NCBI RefSeq assembly: GCF_018350175.1
Contig: NC_058369.1
Location: 81,964,001 to 82,028,000, forward strand
DNA: 64,000 bases
Source of the DNA: Felis catus
Taxonomy: Eukaryota
Direction: 5' to 3'
Shown here: positions 48,250 to 61,427 of the stretch, piece by piece
Position numbering within the stretch: position 1 is the stretch's first letter
How the letters are laid out: every line of letters starts with the position of its first letter
Made by a program: the position numbers and the translations under genes
The notes under the pieces: model-generated
Databases searched by the model: none
What the model saw: the letters and a program-made list of their open reading frames with translations, nothing else
Told to the model about the DNA's origin: nothing

Positions 48250-48906
48250 CTACAAAGAAATTAGCCAATGTTATTCACATATAAAGATTAAAAAAAAAAA
48301 GCCACAATACCATACAAAGACATCCTCCATAAAAACCACTGCAGAAACTGTTCTCAGGTCGCTGAAAACCTCAAACACTTTAATCAACTTGGCAAAAGCC
48401 ACATTAGGCAATTATAAGATCTCAAAACCCTTTAGTGCAAACAATAACAATAATTCAGAACAATCGCAGCTCTCAGTTATTGGAAATAATGGGAACAGAA
48501 AATAGAACAGGGCTGGAATGGGGCCTACACTTGTAGCACTCTGAGATGACTCATCTATCCAGAAAATGTGCTTTCAAAATAAGAGCCAGTTCGTCAGTCC
48601 ACTGACACTTTTTAAATGAACCTACTGTCTCTACCCACCTTAAAGTGCTCAGTTAGTAAGAGCTTTATCACTTATAATTCATCCATCCTCTCGATGAAAG
48701 TCTACAAGGTTTAACACATACAATTTTCCCACTAGAAACTCCAGCACTGAACTCAAGAATAGGGCCCAGGTGGCTGCATTCATTTAAGTTGACAGCATCA
48801 TCTGAGGGTACTCAACAAAAGTAAGCTACTTCCATGAAAGTTACCCAAAAAAGGAATCGCAAAAGATAGCCATCTTATAGGAACACCAATCCCTAATTTT
48901 ACTTAC

Positions 48907-48965
48907 TTCGTTGCATTATCAAGAATATTCTTCACATACACCATGGACCTTCTTCTTCCTGTTTT
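48907..48965 (-). CDS. GSAP: GSAP coding exon
   Basis: ttctag|AAA ACA GGA...ACG AA|gtaagt; KTGRRRSMVYVKNILDNAT; 59 nt. Confidence 0.92.
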
Positions 48966-49109
48966 CTAGAAGGGAGAACATGTCAGAGGTGTGGAAGGTA
49001 GAGGTTTTGTGGGTGACATTTTTCACACTAAGGACATAATGCAATATAGGAAAGAAGTATAATTTTAGCAAAAAAGAAATATACTTTCCAAGTAACCAAA
49101 ATACCTAGG

Positions 49110-49512
49110 TTCTTAAAAATTAGTTTAGAAAACATTGTAGTCTGAAATTATTAGATTTGTAGGAAGGTGCAAGTCAACTATACACTGTTGTGTTATACAC
49201 AACAAAACTACAATTATATACAATGCTAAAGAGAGATTTCATGTACTCTCCACCCGGTCTCCCCCAGTGTCTCCATCTTCTATAAACAACTATAGTGCAA
49301 TATCAAAATCGGGAAACGGATGTTGGTAAGATGAGGGTATAGTTCGATGTCATTTCATCATATATGCAGATTCATGTACCATAGTGCACCACCTCGATCA
49401 AGTTACGCAACTGTTCCATCTTTCCAAAGATCTCCCTTGTGCTGCCCGCTTTGTAGTCAGTCCCAGCCACTCTTTTTTCAACTATCCCTAATCCCTAGCA
49501 ACCACTAATTTG
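49110..49512 (-). mobile_element. Old L1MC-like 3' end, approximate
   Basis: agagagatttcatgtactctccaccc...atagtgcaatatcaaaatcggg...ccctagcaaccactaat. Confidence 0.6.
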
Positions 49513-49820
49513 GGAACACCTAGATTTTTAAATCAAATTTTAACTATACAAGTACTGCAAGAACCCATGTTAAGACCTGGAGGTTAATCCCATTTCTACT
49601 ATGAATATGCTGTGTGTGTCCCTTAACCTCTGTGCACTTGATTTTCCTCCTCAAGAGAACAGAGAGCAGAGAAGCACTTTGGTCTTCTTGCAACAATGCA
49701 AAAGGACCTGGCAACTGGAGAGACCTGCAAATTTAAGCCAGCCTCAAGACTTAAGGGCATCACCTCATCAAATGTACTATGCTTTTGCTTTTTGCTTTAT
49801 TCTTATGAATCCACACAAAC

Positions 49821-49949
49821 CTCTTCTGAGATCAGGCTGTGCCATTCTCTCCTGACCATGCTGTTGTTATAGTGCAAGTGTGGCTTGGAGTACTTAACAT
49901 ATTCCAGGTTGGAGTTCAGTTTTTCCCAGTAACCCTTAAAACTATGCAC
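49821..49949 (-). CDS. GSAP: GSAP coding exon
   Basis: ctacag|GTG CAT AGT...GAA GAG|gtttgt; VHSFKGYWEKLNSNLEYVKYSKPHLHYNNSMVRREWHSLISEE; 129 nt. Confidence 0.95.
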
Positions 49950-50147
49950 CTGTAGGAGACAAAAACATTGGTGAGCTTGAGAAGCAGGGCCTGTGGCCCA
50001 AACTACCCGGTAAGGATCACTGGAGCCTTGCTGCAAAGCTGGGCTTGCTTTACTTCCTCAGCTCTCATAGGGTAGCATTTATGAGTGAATTCTTCCCACG
50101 AAAGATGGCATTTCCCTCCTGAAAGGAATTCTAAATTGGAGAGACTT

Positions 50148-50203
50148 GGGGTGCCTGGGTGGCTCAGTCGATTAAGCATCTGACTCTTGATTTCGGCTCA
50201 GGT
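50148..50203 (+). mobile_element. Head-only (3'-truncated) CAN-SINE
   Basis: ggggtgcctgggtggctcagtcgattaagcatctgactcttgatttcggctcaggt, then unrelated sequence. Confidence 0.85.
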
Positions 50204-50254
50204 AATAGTAATACATTTTTTTAATGTTGAAGGATATATTGACACAAATTGCTT

Positions 50255-51455
50255 TTAAAGTTTTAAATTTTAAATTTAAGTATAATTAACATACAGTGCT
50301 ATATTAGCTTCGGGAGTGCAACACAATGATTCAAGACTTCTATGTATGAATCAGTGCTCACCATGGTAAGTGTAGTCAGCATCTGTCATCAAACAACATT
50401 ATTACAATCTTATTGACTAGATTTCCTATGCTGTACTGTTCATCCGTGACTTATTTCATAACTGGAAGTTTCTACCTCTTAATCCCCTTTATCTAATTCA
50501 CCCATCTGCCCCCCACCCCAGATGCCCTCTGGCAACCACTAGTTTGTTCTCCATATTTAAGAGTCTGTTTTTTTTTTGTCTATTTTTGTTTTGTTTCTTA
50601 AATTTCACATAAGTGAAATNNNNNNNNNNNNNNNNNNNNNNNNNNNNNNNNNNNNNNNNNNNNNNNNNNNNNNNNNNNNNNNNNNNNNNNNNNNNNNNNN
50701 NNNNNNNNNNNNNNNNNNNNNNNNNNNNNNNNNNNNNNNNNNNNNNNNNNNNNNNNNNNNNNNNNNNNNNNNNNNNNNNNNNNNNNNNNNNNNNNNNNNN
50801 NNNNNNNNNNNNNNNNNNNNNNNNNNNNNNNNNNNNNNNNNNNNNNNNNNNNNNNNCTTTTCAAATTAGTATTTCACTTTCTTTGAGTAAATACCCTGTA
50901 GTAGAATTATTGGATCATATGGTAATTCTATTTTTCATTTTTTGAGGAACCTCCTTACTGTCTTTTTACAGTGGATGCACCAATTTGCATTCTCACCAAA
51001 AGAACATGGAGGTTTCCTTTTTCTCCACACTCTTTCCAATACTTGTTATTTCTTGTCTTTTTGATTCTAGCCACTCTGACTCTGACGAGTGTGAGGTGAT
51101 ATCTCATTGTGGTTTTGATATGCATTTCCCTGATGATTAGTGATGTTGAGCATCTTCCCATGTGTCTGTTGGTCATCCGGATGTCTTCTTTGGAGAAATG
51201 TCTATTCAGATCCTCTGTCCATTTTTTAATTGGATTATTTGGTTTCTTGGTGTTGAGCTATAGAAGTTCTTTATATATTTTGAATATTAACCTCTTATTG
51301 GACATATTCAGTAGATCGCCTTTTTGTTTTGTTGGTGTCTTTTGCTGTGCAAAAGCTTTTTATTTTTATATTGTTCTAATAGTTTATTTTTGCTTTTGTT
51401 TCCCTTGCCTAAGGAGACATATCTGGAAAAATGTTTCTGTGGCTGAGGTCAAAGT
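50255..51455 (-). mobile_element. Carnivore L1 (L1MA9/L1_Carn-like) 3' part, spanning the third gap
   Basis: Minus ORF 50955-51176 ([26 protein letters not shown]) is L1 ORF2 C-terminus; 3' UTR-type sequence at 50255-50620. Confidence 0.88.
50620..50856. other. Assembly gap (237 N)
   Basis: Run of N. Confidence 0.99.
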
Positions 51456-54400
51456 ATATACTGACACAAACTGTTTTCTTAAATCAATGAAGATAGATTT
51501 ATGATACACTTTCTTGCCAAAATATACGTGTTTATAAAAGATAGGACTGGAGCCAAAGGTGCAATGTGTAGCCATAAAACAAAGTGAGCTAATGCCTAGT
51601 GTGGTGACAGACTTGGCTGCATTGCAAGAAAAAAAAAGAAAATTTATACAAAATATGTCTCAATGAAGAAAAATGCCCTTACGTTAAATAATAGCACATT
51701 ATCCAAATTCTTATTGGAAGTCCATTGGTTCAAAATGAATTTTGGAGTATCAGTAAATTACATAATAATATTAACTTACTGTTTTAGAAGGCTGAAAGGC
51801 CCATCCAGCCAACATCCCTTCTCACAGAGACAAGAAAAACTATGTTCAAGAAAAGGGCATTTCTAGGGGAAACCGGCACACTGGTCAAGTCACACCACCA
51901 ACTTGACCTACCTCCCTCACCTTTTCTTCCCCTTTCAATTTATTTAAAATTAATATACCTTTATCCACCCTTTGGTCTTCCTTCTATTGAAAAAAATAAT
52001 AATGAAAGCAAATACTGCCAACATTTGGCAGTATTCAGTCCCTGACAGGAAGTCAGTACAGCTTTCTTGCTATTCTACCCCTGGGTTCAGGCACTCTAGG
52101 GCCAAAGCCCAAAAACTAATTGGTGTTGTGGTGACACCTAGTGGTCAGTTAAAATACTAGCTCTGCCTGCTTTGCCACCACAGTCCCACCCCTCTGATCT
52201 TGTGAGGAACACGGATGCCCTTTTATCTGTCACGGGGCCTCTTCCCCTCAAGCCAAACACCACTGTCCTGTCTGAAGACCCCACTCACACACTGTAACTC
52301 CTAAGACAAGATCTCTCCCAAGCTACCTTCCTTCTCCTTCCTCCCCCATTAAAAAAATCCCTGTTCTCAGCTGAGAATAAACAGATAAAACAAGTCCATA
52401 GATAGGTTTCCAAGAGGGTTATGAACCCACTGATTGTATGTAAAATGGAGTGACTTGTAGGAGCAATTTTCTGGGGACAAGGTCTACAGCCTGCACCAGA
52501 TGTTCAAAGGAATTCATAACCTAAAATAGTTCAAAACCACTGGGTTAGAAGGAGAAGGATCTAAGTGTTAAAAATAAACAAACAAAAAACACTTTAAATA
52601 AGAAACAACTGTTAATCAAAAGTCCCAGAAATATTTTACTTAAACCGGTGGGTCTTTCAAGAATGTCACCGGGCTGCATGCCATAACATAAGTGAAAACA
52701 ATTAGTGGCTGATGTCGCTACATGGTATCTACAAGGTAAGTGATGTAATTTTTTAAGTTATGAAAATTCTCAGGGATCACTGTAATTGGAAAGTCTATTT
52801 GGAGGCCTAAGTAATAGATAAGACCCAGAGTTTGAAAATAGATTTGAGTATGTAAAAGACAAGGGGAGGATGTTCCAGATGGGGCATGTAGGGAGGGAGC
52901 AAAGACTGAATGAAAGACTGGAGTGATCTGGGGTTTAGATCAGAGAGCATTAGAGAAAGCAGAGAAAGCAAACAATAGTACTTGGTTCTCTGTGGCAAAG
53001 ATTGCTGCCTCTAGCACGTCACTCCCAACCTCAGTAAACACCTGGCTTGCATCCCCTAGACATTTAACTGGTGTGGGGTGTGACCTGAGCTTCCTGAGTT
53101 TTAGAAGTTCCCTGGGCAACCCCAATGCTCAGCCAGGGCAGAGAACCCTGCTTAAGCATGCCTGCCCAGGTAATCCCAGTCTCCCACCCAGCCTCGCATA
53201 TTTGCCTCATCTACACCCCTGGTTTACAGGCTGATGAAGAACCAGCTGTCTGAAGACTCATGATTGTGTTGTTAAATAGTAGGAGAAAGGATCAAAGAGA
53301 AGGTCAGCCAATCTAGGACAGATCTCGAACGAACGTCAATGAAAAACAAGCATACTCATTAACCCAGAGAATTCAAGCAGCTCCAAGATAAAATTTTAGA
53401 TGCTTTAACACAGAAAGAGGGGGGAAGAGGGAGTGAAAGCTACACAGTCACATCCTAACAGTCAACCTGGGAGCACAGAAAACCACTCCTGTGTTGCTCA
53501 ATTAGCACTTATGGAACCAGTTGTGAACTCAACATGGTGTTCATCAGAAACAACAGCATCAACACAAAGTAAAAGCCACAACAGCCCAGAAAGAACATTG
53601 CAGGCTACTTCAGAAGAGCTCAAAGCTTTAAAATACACAAAAATACCTTATAAAAAAATATTGATGAATTTAGCTACTTCTGGGAGATGCTAGTGTTAGA
53701 AGCCATCAGATCCTCAGGGAAGCCCCAGAAGTATTTTCTTGCACAAGAAGGAGTTTTAAAGTTTGATTCTGAAAGAAGGCAAATTATCCCAGGTCTCCTC
53801 TTGAAAAATAATCTCCTTTTATCTCTTAGGAGGACATGAAATAATTATTAAAGGAAGCCCATCAAAACAATTAATTGAACCAAAGGACCAAAGAATTACA
53901 TTAAGGGACTGTTCCCCATTAATGATTTGGGTTGCCAGTTGATTTTAGGAGGGAAAAAAAATCCCTGTGGTACTGGCTCATCTGCAAATTACTGCCAGGA
54001 AAAACAAAAAAACAAAACAAAACAAAAATCTGCCTTTTATTTCTAAAAGTCCCTCTGGCTTTGGTTCTACATCTGATTAACCATCATCTTCTTAGAGAAG
54101 AAGAAGCCAACTCAGAGACCTTTACTCTTCATGCCAGGGCTCAACTAGCAGAACTAAAGCATCAATCCAATTTGTTCAGTAGATACCATCTCAGTATCAA
54201 CTTCTATTTGCAGCCCAGAGAAACACAGTGACCCACTACCTCTAGTGCAGATAGAACATAGAAACACCTGTGTGTCCATAAACCCAGCAAAGCACCATAT
54301 TAAGCCAAAATGCTCTAAACAGATCATTAGATCCATACAGAGGACCAGTGACTAGGTCTCCTGAAGCTTCCCACAAAGGGGACTGCATGTTGTAAGTGCC

Positions 54401-55175
54401 AGTTCTCCTACTTATAAATTAACTTCCTCTTTCTTCTCAACACCTAGGAAAAAACAATCTCTCTTCTTTGCCCAGCCAGGTGGCTCCCTTAGCCATTTTT
54501 AATGGGCTGCATTTTAATGTAGTCACTAAATATGACTCTAAACTATTCCATTTCACATTTCACAATCAGCATATACCCTGAGGAAGCCAATGCTATTTCC
54601 CTCCTTTCAACCTTAAGCATTCAACAGAACATCTCCAACCAAACCTATGAATAACAGCAGCACAGCCTAGTGACTCAGTCTGTTCCTCAGTTTCATCATC
54701 TGAGATATAAACTGAAGATACCCCCATCTCTGTAGATATAATAGAAATGAATATACCAGCCTAGTGCTCCATTTCTAATAGGTAGTATTTCTTTGTAGCA
54801 TCATAAAATTATGTTTGACAATATTCACTGAACTTGTCATAACTCACTGCCCCAGAAAATATGTTGTACAGGAAAAACTTTTCTACAACAGTCTGTTCAC
54901 AGAAGACTTCACTTCTGCTGTCACTAAATGTGTGAGCTCCACCCCTGCCCCCATCCATTAATTCTCCAACACCACCTGGGTGTCCTATAGTTTAACTCAG
55001 TTCTGACACTACCTGAAGACAGCATCAAATCCCACAGGCTGCCTATAAAACTGGAGGTTCCCAACACCCCCTGGGGTTTGATAATTCACTGGAGTAACCC
55101 ACAGAAGTAAAAAAAAAAACCAGTTTACTTATTATATATTGGTTTATTGTAAAAGGATACAACTAAGGAAAACCA

Positions 55176-55392
55176 GGGGCACTTGGGTGGCTCAGTCGGT
55201 TAAGAGTCCAACTCTCGATTTCAGCATAAGTCAAGATTTCACGGTTCTGACATTGAGCTCCTTGTTGGGCTCCCCACCAAGCATGGAGCCTGTTTGGGAT
55301 TCTCTCACTCTCTCACTGCCCCTCCCAAGCTCACTCATACACAGTGCCCATGTCCTCATTCCCTCTCTCCCTCTCAAAATAAAGAAACATTA
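55176..55392 (+). mobile_element. CAN-SINE (first of head-to-tail pair)
   Basis: caactaaggaa flanks the pair. Confidence 0.9.
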
Positions 55393-55620
55393 GTGGTACC
55401 TGGGTGGTTCAGTTGGTTAAGTGACTGACTTTGGCTCAGGCCACAATCTCATGGTTAGTGGGTTTGAGCCCTGCATGGGGCTCTGCGTTGACAGCTCAGA
55501 GCCTGGAGCCTGCTTCGGATTCTGTGTCTCCCTCTCTCTCTGCCCCTCCCCCCCCACACACACACTCTCTCTCTCAAAAATAAACTTAAATAAATAAACA
55601 AACATTTAAAAAACAACAAC
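55393..55620 (+). mobile_element. CAN-SINE (second of pair, in tail of first)
   Basis: Starts directly after aaagaaacatta. Confidence 0.9.
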
Positions 55621-56742
55621 AACAACTAAGGAACCACCAGATGGAAGAGATAAATAAGACAAGTCATGGGGGAAAGGGCTGAGTTTCCATGCATTCTTCA
55701 GGAACACCACTCTCCTACAACTTCACCTGTTCATCCATCTCAGAAACTCTTCAAACTCCTTCAGTAAAGGTTCTTTATGGAGGCTCTATTACATAGGCAG
55801 GATTGATTAAATCATTGGTCATTGGGGACTGAACTCAATCTACGGCTACTCTCTCTTACCTCTGGAAGTGAGGAGGGAATGGGCTTAAATTTCCAACTTT
55901 CTAATCACGTGTTCGGTTCTTTAGATAACCAGCTCCTAGTCTTAGGTGCTTTCGAAAAATCACCTTATTAACATAACTTGGCTGCAGCTGAAAGGAGCTT
56001 GCTATGAATAAAAAAAAGACATTCTTTACACCTTTGTGTCCCCGGGTGGTTTCAGGCACTGGGAACAAACACTAAATATAACACAAGATGTCCCTGTAGC
56101 TCTTACCACTTAAGAAATTATAAGGAACTCTGTCAGGAATCATGGATGAAGACCAAAAGTGTATGTCTAGTTTTACCATAGTATCACATATATACAGACT
56201 GATCTTTGGAAAAATCACTATTTGTCATATAACCAATTGACATTTCTGGTAATGCTACATTGTTATCAAAGCAACAATCCTCATTTTTAAAATTGTAAGC
56301 TATTACGTTGTAATTTTGTTGCTACTTCGGATCTCTAACCAACCTTTTATTTAAATGATGGTGGTTGTCTGTACTGGGAGGGTCAAGGGAAAAAGTGTTG
56401 TATTTCACCAAGCACTTAATGACACCCGTGCTCTACCCAATTAAAACAGTATTCTTAAAACACTTTTTAAGTGAAGAAGCATAATTAAATAAACAAGCCT
56501 CTACACGGAGAAGAGCCCAGGTGCCAATAATTGTTTTCCCAATTGCTCAGGGGTACTGAGACCCCAAATAGGCATTTGACATAACACCCTCACTTCTGAG
56601 TGGAAGTAAGTGGGAAGGGAATTTAAGTCTCTGACTTTCCCAGTCTCTGGGTCAGATAGTTAATCTCTAATCAAATGACAAAAAGGTTTCCTTACTTTAT
56701 AAAATGAAAATAGAGATGTCTGGCTTAAAAAATACTTTGGTA

Positions 56743-56935
56743 GGGGCGCCTGGGTGGCTTAGTCAGTTGGGCGTCCGACTTTGACTCAGGTCATGATCTC
56801 ATCATGGTTGGTGGGTTCGAGCCCCGTGTTGGCTCTGTGCTGACAGCTCAGAGCCAGGAGCCTGCTTGGATCCTGTGTCTCCCCCTCTCTCAAAAAATGA
56901 ACAAAATGTTAAAAAAACAAAACAAAACCCCCAAA
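56743..56935 (+). mobile_element. CAN-SINE
   Basis: ctttggta on both flanks. Confidence 0.92.
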
Positions 56936-57098
56936 AAAACCTTTGGTAAAAATTCCCCATTTCTCCATCCGTGATATGCTTGTTCACCTTTTATCTTTAT
57001 ATTCAAGTAGGTGGTTTATATATTTTAATCCTTAGGTGCTCTTGTGGTTGGACAGTTTTAATAGTTTCTCTTCTCACCATAAAATCAAAGGTAATTTT

Positions 57099-57314
57099 GG
57101 GGCGCCTGGGTGACTCAGTCAGTTGAGCGTCCGACTTTGGCTCAGGTCATGATCTCTCAGTTCGTCAGCAGCCCCGTGTCAGGCTCTGTGCAGACAGCTC
57201 AGGGCCTGGAGCCTGCTTCAGATTCTGTGTCTCTCTCTCTCTCTCTCTGCTCCTCCCCTGCTCACACTCTGTCTCTGTCTCAAAAATAAATAAAGATTAA
57301 AAAAAATTTTTTTT
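57099..57314 (+). mobile_element. CAN-SINE
   Basis: TSD aatcaa(a/g)ggtaatttt. Confidence 0.93.
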
Positions 57315-58658
57315 AATCAAGGGTAATTTTAAACCTTTCACAAAAATGGCCACTTCCCCAGAAAAAACCATGTTTTATGAAGGGGTAAAATCATTCATAG
57401 GAAGGTCACTCTTGATAACACTGCTTTTAAGGCAAGGACCTTGTTCCAATATACTTGTTGTTTAATTGTTTAAAATCTTTTGGAAACCATTTTATAAAGC
57501 AAGGAAGCCACTTGTCTTTCAGGTGATAAACTTCTAACGTAACTGGTTTATGCTAGTTAAATTACATATTCATATGTTAAACGTTTGTAAAGTACTCCAC
57601 AGGAGAATTATTTGCAGAGAGAGCAGGAAGAAAGTGCTTATCTAGTTTCACTTTGCCTTTCCCTCTCCTGACTCCTTATCAGGGCAGTCATCTACCAAGG
57701 AGAATGGAAGCAAGTGTGGTCAGAGTAAATAGGGGTCCCTTGGGCCTCATGGAAATTCTGGCAGCAAGCATGCATTCGAAAGGTAACTTGTGATTCAGGT
57801 CATAGGTACTCAGAGCCAAGTCCTGTAGCTGAATAAGCATGGCAAGAACAGTCATATAACTGGGACCCGGGAGGGAGGAGCGGGATGGGGGTGGTGGGGA
57901 TTGAGCCACTGCCAGCAGGTCCATCGCAATATAATTAAGCTGGGACTTGGGGTAGAAGAAGTAGGTCAAAGGCAGCGGCTTATAGTGAGGGGTATTGTGC
58001 AAGCAGAAATGAGCAAACGTGAGACAGATCAGAGCCAGGTGTCCTGTGAGCTGGGAGGTTCTGATTAGGGTCTCCCATGCTGAGTGATTGGGGTGGGGGC
58101 TGGGGAGCTGGCGGAACCAAATTTAGTACCATCTCCTCCTGAGCCCAAAGCCCATCCCAGCAGTGTACCTTCAACTTCCCAGACAGATCTTGTCTGTGTG
58201 GACAAGGTCAGGTCGTGAAGAGATCTATAGTTGGAACCTGTGCTATTGTAACCCTTCCTGCCAGCGTGTAGATACATGTAGAGCAGTGGGAGAGCTCCTC
58301 AGCAGGTTTGGAAGACAGCTGTCTGCAAGGCCAAATGCTAAAGATAATTAGGGGAGAGGAGAAATTAGTGAGAAGGCAGAGGGAATATCAAGGGAGAGAA
58401 AACACAAACAAGATAAAAACGCATCATTTTACACACAAATATGCAAATAGAAAAAAGAAGAAAGAAAAAGTGCAAAAACAAGCCACTTTGTTCCTAAGCA
58501 AAGCAAATCATATTCTTAGCATTAAGCCAAGGGGTAAAAAATGAAGAGAACCCTCACATCACTCTTTTATACTTAATTTTTTAAATGAAAATATACGACA
58601 GTGATAAGGTTATAGTAAAACTGATGAACTCGTACATTCCTTGTAAGTTAATCACAAC

Positions 58659-58858
58659 TTTTTTTAAAAGTTTATTCATTTTGAGAGAGAGAACGAGAGG
58701 TGGAGAGTCAGAGAGAGAGGGAAAGAGATCATCCCAAACAGGCTCCATGCTGTATGCACTCAGCCCAACATAGGGCTTGAACCCACAAACCATGAGATCA
58801 CTTACCTGAGCGGAAATCAAGAGTCAGATGCTCAACTGACTGAGCCACCCAGGCTCAC
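58659..58858 (-). mobile_element. CAN-SINE
   Basis: Reverse orientation; caactt flanks. Confidence 0.9.
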
Positions 58859-60072
58859 CTGCAACTTCTTTTTAAAATACCAATTTGGCAATAAGAATCA
58901 AAAGCTATCAAAACTGTCAGTCTTTCACCCAGTAATACTCCTTGGGGGGAATAAATCAAAGGAAAAACTGTCGATATAAAAATATTCACTGAGACGTCAT
59001 TTTTAGTAGCAATTTTTTAAAATGGGGGCTGAAGACAGTAAATCTTTCAAAACAGAAAAATGATTAATGAGGACACACAACCCAGCAGAATTCTATGGAG
59101 GCATTAGAGATCATAATCATGACATCACGTGGCAGCATGAAAACTGCTTGATATGATTTGCCATCTTTATTCAGTATCTCTAGATGGCCACTACTACTAG
59201 GTAATAAATGCATACCTAGGACAGAGACCAGGAGGAAGTGGTGGGGGTGAGGGGGACCGACAGTTGATATGTTAGGACCTGTAGAATTGTGGGTGACACT
59301 GGTTTCTCTTTAAAATTTTCCATTGTGTGGCTTATTGTGTGTCCACTAAACACATTATGGGTTTGGTAGGACTAGTGATAAAAGCAGAAAAAAAATGAAA
59401 GGAGAGAGGGTCTTAAGAACCTTTTAAGCTATTAATCAAACCTTTCTTTCCCCTCCATCTTCCTCCCTTTGTCGAGCTTCCCAGTGGTCTCAGGCTGTGG
59501 CCGAGAATCATCACTTGTTGGTCTCCTTGAAGGACCCTTCTTAGGACCAAAACCCAGAACCACTACACCTGCCCCCATTGGCCCTCTCTCACTCGAAGGG
59601 CATCACCGTAACCTCAGACCTCATGGCTTTCACCCCAGCTGCCCAGGCCTGGCCTGCCCTTCATGAACTCACAAGAATCAAGTGTAAATGAAAGGGCACA
59701 GCACAGTGAGCTGCCTGCTGGCAAAACTTGAGATTTCCCACTACACACCAAACTACAATTAACAGGAAGCAATGCCAAAAACAACAAAAGAGCTTCAAGA
59801 ATACTGCTAAAATACTCTCCAGTTTTTAACTACATACACATTCTTTTCTGCTCACCCCACCCCATTCTCCCTATTGTACTCAGAAACTCTTCTGAAACCA
59901 CCAAACTGCAGAAAGACACTAATAGCTACCACTTCATGGCAGGAAGGGGGTGTGCAGAAGCTTCACAGAGACCACATACAGAGCCACTACAGATCACTTT
60001 TGAGAAACAGAAAAGCGGTTCTTAGAACCAGAAGGAAAGTAGATAATCCCAGTCCAGGTTACTTAATAGGTA

Positions 60073-60099
60073 TGTGTGTGTGTGTGTGTGTGTGTGTGT
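60073..60099. repeat. (TG)13 microsatellite
   Basis: TG run followed by tatgcgcgcaca. Confidence 0.95.
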
Positions 60100-60517
60100 A
60101 TGCGCGCACATATGACAAGGAGGTGGGAGCACAAATGAAGTAAAGAAACAGCTACCAGGTCCTCCAAGGACAGTTTACAAGAAAGAACTCCTCCAGTGTG
60201 AACTGATTTGAGGTGCGGTGGAAAGGACCAGTTCTATATGGTTTCCATTGAGCCCTGTAATTCTCTATCTTCAGAAAACTGCCCTCTCCGAAGAGTATTA
60301 AGAATTGCCATAATATCACTATCAGTGACTACTCAACCCCTTAGAATGGATTTTCTAGAGAACTAACCCCTACCCACATCCTCCCCCAACAGCTTACAAG
60401 CCCCCCTGGGAACCACCTTAATACTTGGGGCAGCAGGGACGGGACTCCAGTTGGGCGTAGAGACCAGCAAGGAAGCCGTGCACAGCCGTGGTCTCGCCTC
60501 TGCCTATAAGGACTTAC

Positions 60518-60571
60518 CTTCATGAAAGGCAACGCGATCTCTTCTGTCACAAGGGTTATTCCAGGAATTTC
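60518..60571 (-). CDS. GSAP: GSAP coding exon
   Basis: gatag|GAA ATT CCT...ATG AAG|gtaagt; EIPGITLVTEEIALPFMK; 54 nt. Confidence 0.93.
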
Positions 60572-61221
60572 CTATCGTGGGGAAAAAACATACACACAAC
60601 TGCTAAACCTATCAACCACCACAAACTTGAGCCTTCAGGAAGTGTTTTCTGCACAGACAGAAGCTAAGGGCAGCTCCCAGTTTGCTAACCTCTACTTTAA
60701 ATAAACCTTGGGGTTTATAAATAACAGTGAACACAGCCCATCTTTTGCCTTGGGAAGGGAAATGTTCTTCAAAGTTATGATTACAATAGATGACAGGGTT
60801 TCTGAAGGAAAGGAGAAGACTATTAGGAATACAGAGCAAATAGTTTAATATTTACACATTTCCATTTAAGAACAAATTAGGCAAATTACATTTGCACCAT
60901 GAAGTGTAATAATCAGGGGGACATGTTCCTTCTTTTTTTTATTGCTTCTTCGTCCCTCTTCTTCTCTTTTGCTTAAATGTATTACATTATAGTTAGCCCC
61001 TGCCTCACTAGGAGGAACCAAGATTAATGGGGTTCTTTTTTGACTTTAGCGGAAGATTTTTCTTTACCTCATTCTCCACCATAATTTCAGAAATAAAAAA
61101 ATCTCCATGAAGAGTTTATACAGCAGTATCACCATGACAAATATGAAAGATATACAATTCACACCTGGAAGACCAAATTATAACATTCTGCTACCTAGTG
61201 AGCATTAAAACAAAAATTTCA

Positions 61222-61427
61222 GGGCACCTGGGTGGCTCAGTTGGTTAAGTATCTGACTTTGGCTCAGGTCATGATCTCACAGTTTGTGAGTTCAAGCCCC
61301 ACGTTGGGCTCTGTGTTGACAGCTTGAAGCCTGCTTGGGATTCTCTGTCTCCCCCTCTCTCTGCCCCTTCCCAGCTCATGCTTTGTCTCTCTCAATCTCT
61401 CTCTCAAAAATAAACATTAAAAAAATT
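61222..61427 (+). mobile_element. CAN-SINE
   Basis: Perfect TSD AAACAAAAATTTCA at 61208-61221 and 61428-61441. Confidence 0.94.

Larger units (their letters stand above)
54862..56188 (-). mobile_element. Solo LTR, MER21-like, interrupted by two SINEs
   Basis: TG...CA ends (tgttgtacagg ... gaagaccaaa...gtatcaca); interior resembles recalled MER21. Confidence 0.65.

Noticed and set aside
27374-50945. ORFs containing long X runs
   Set aside because: Artefacts of translating through N gaps.
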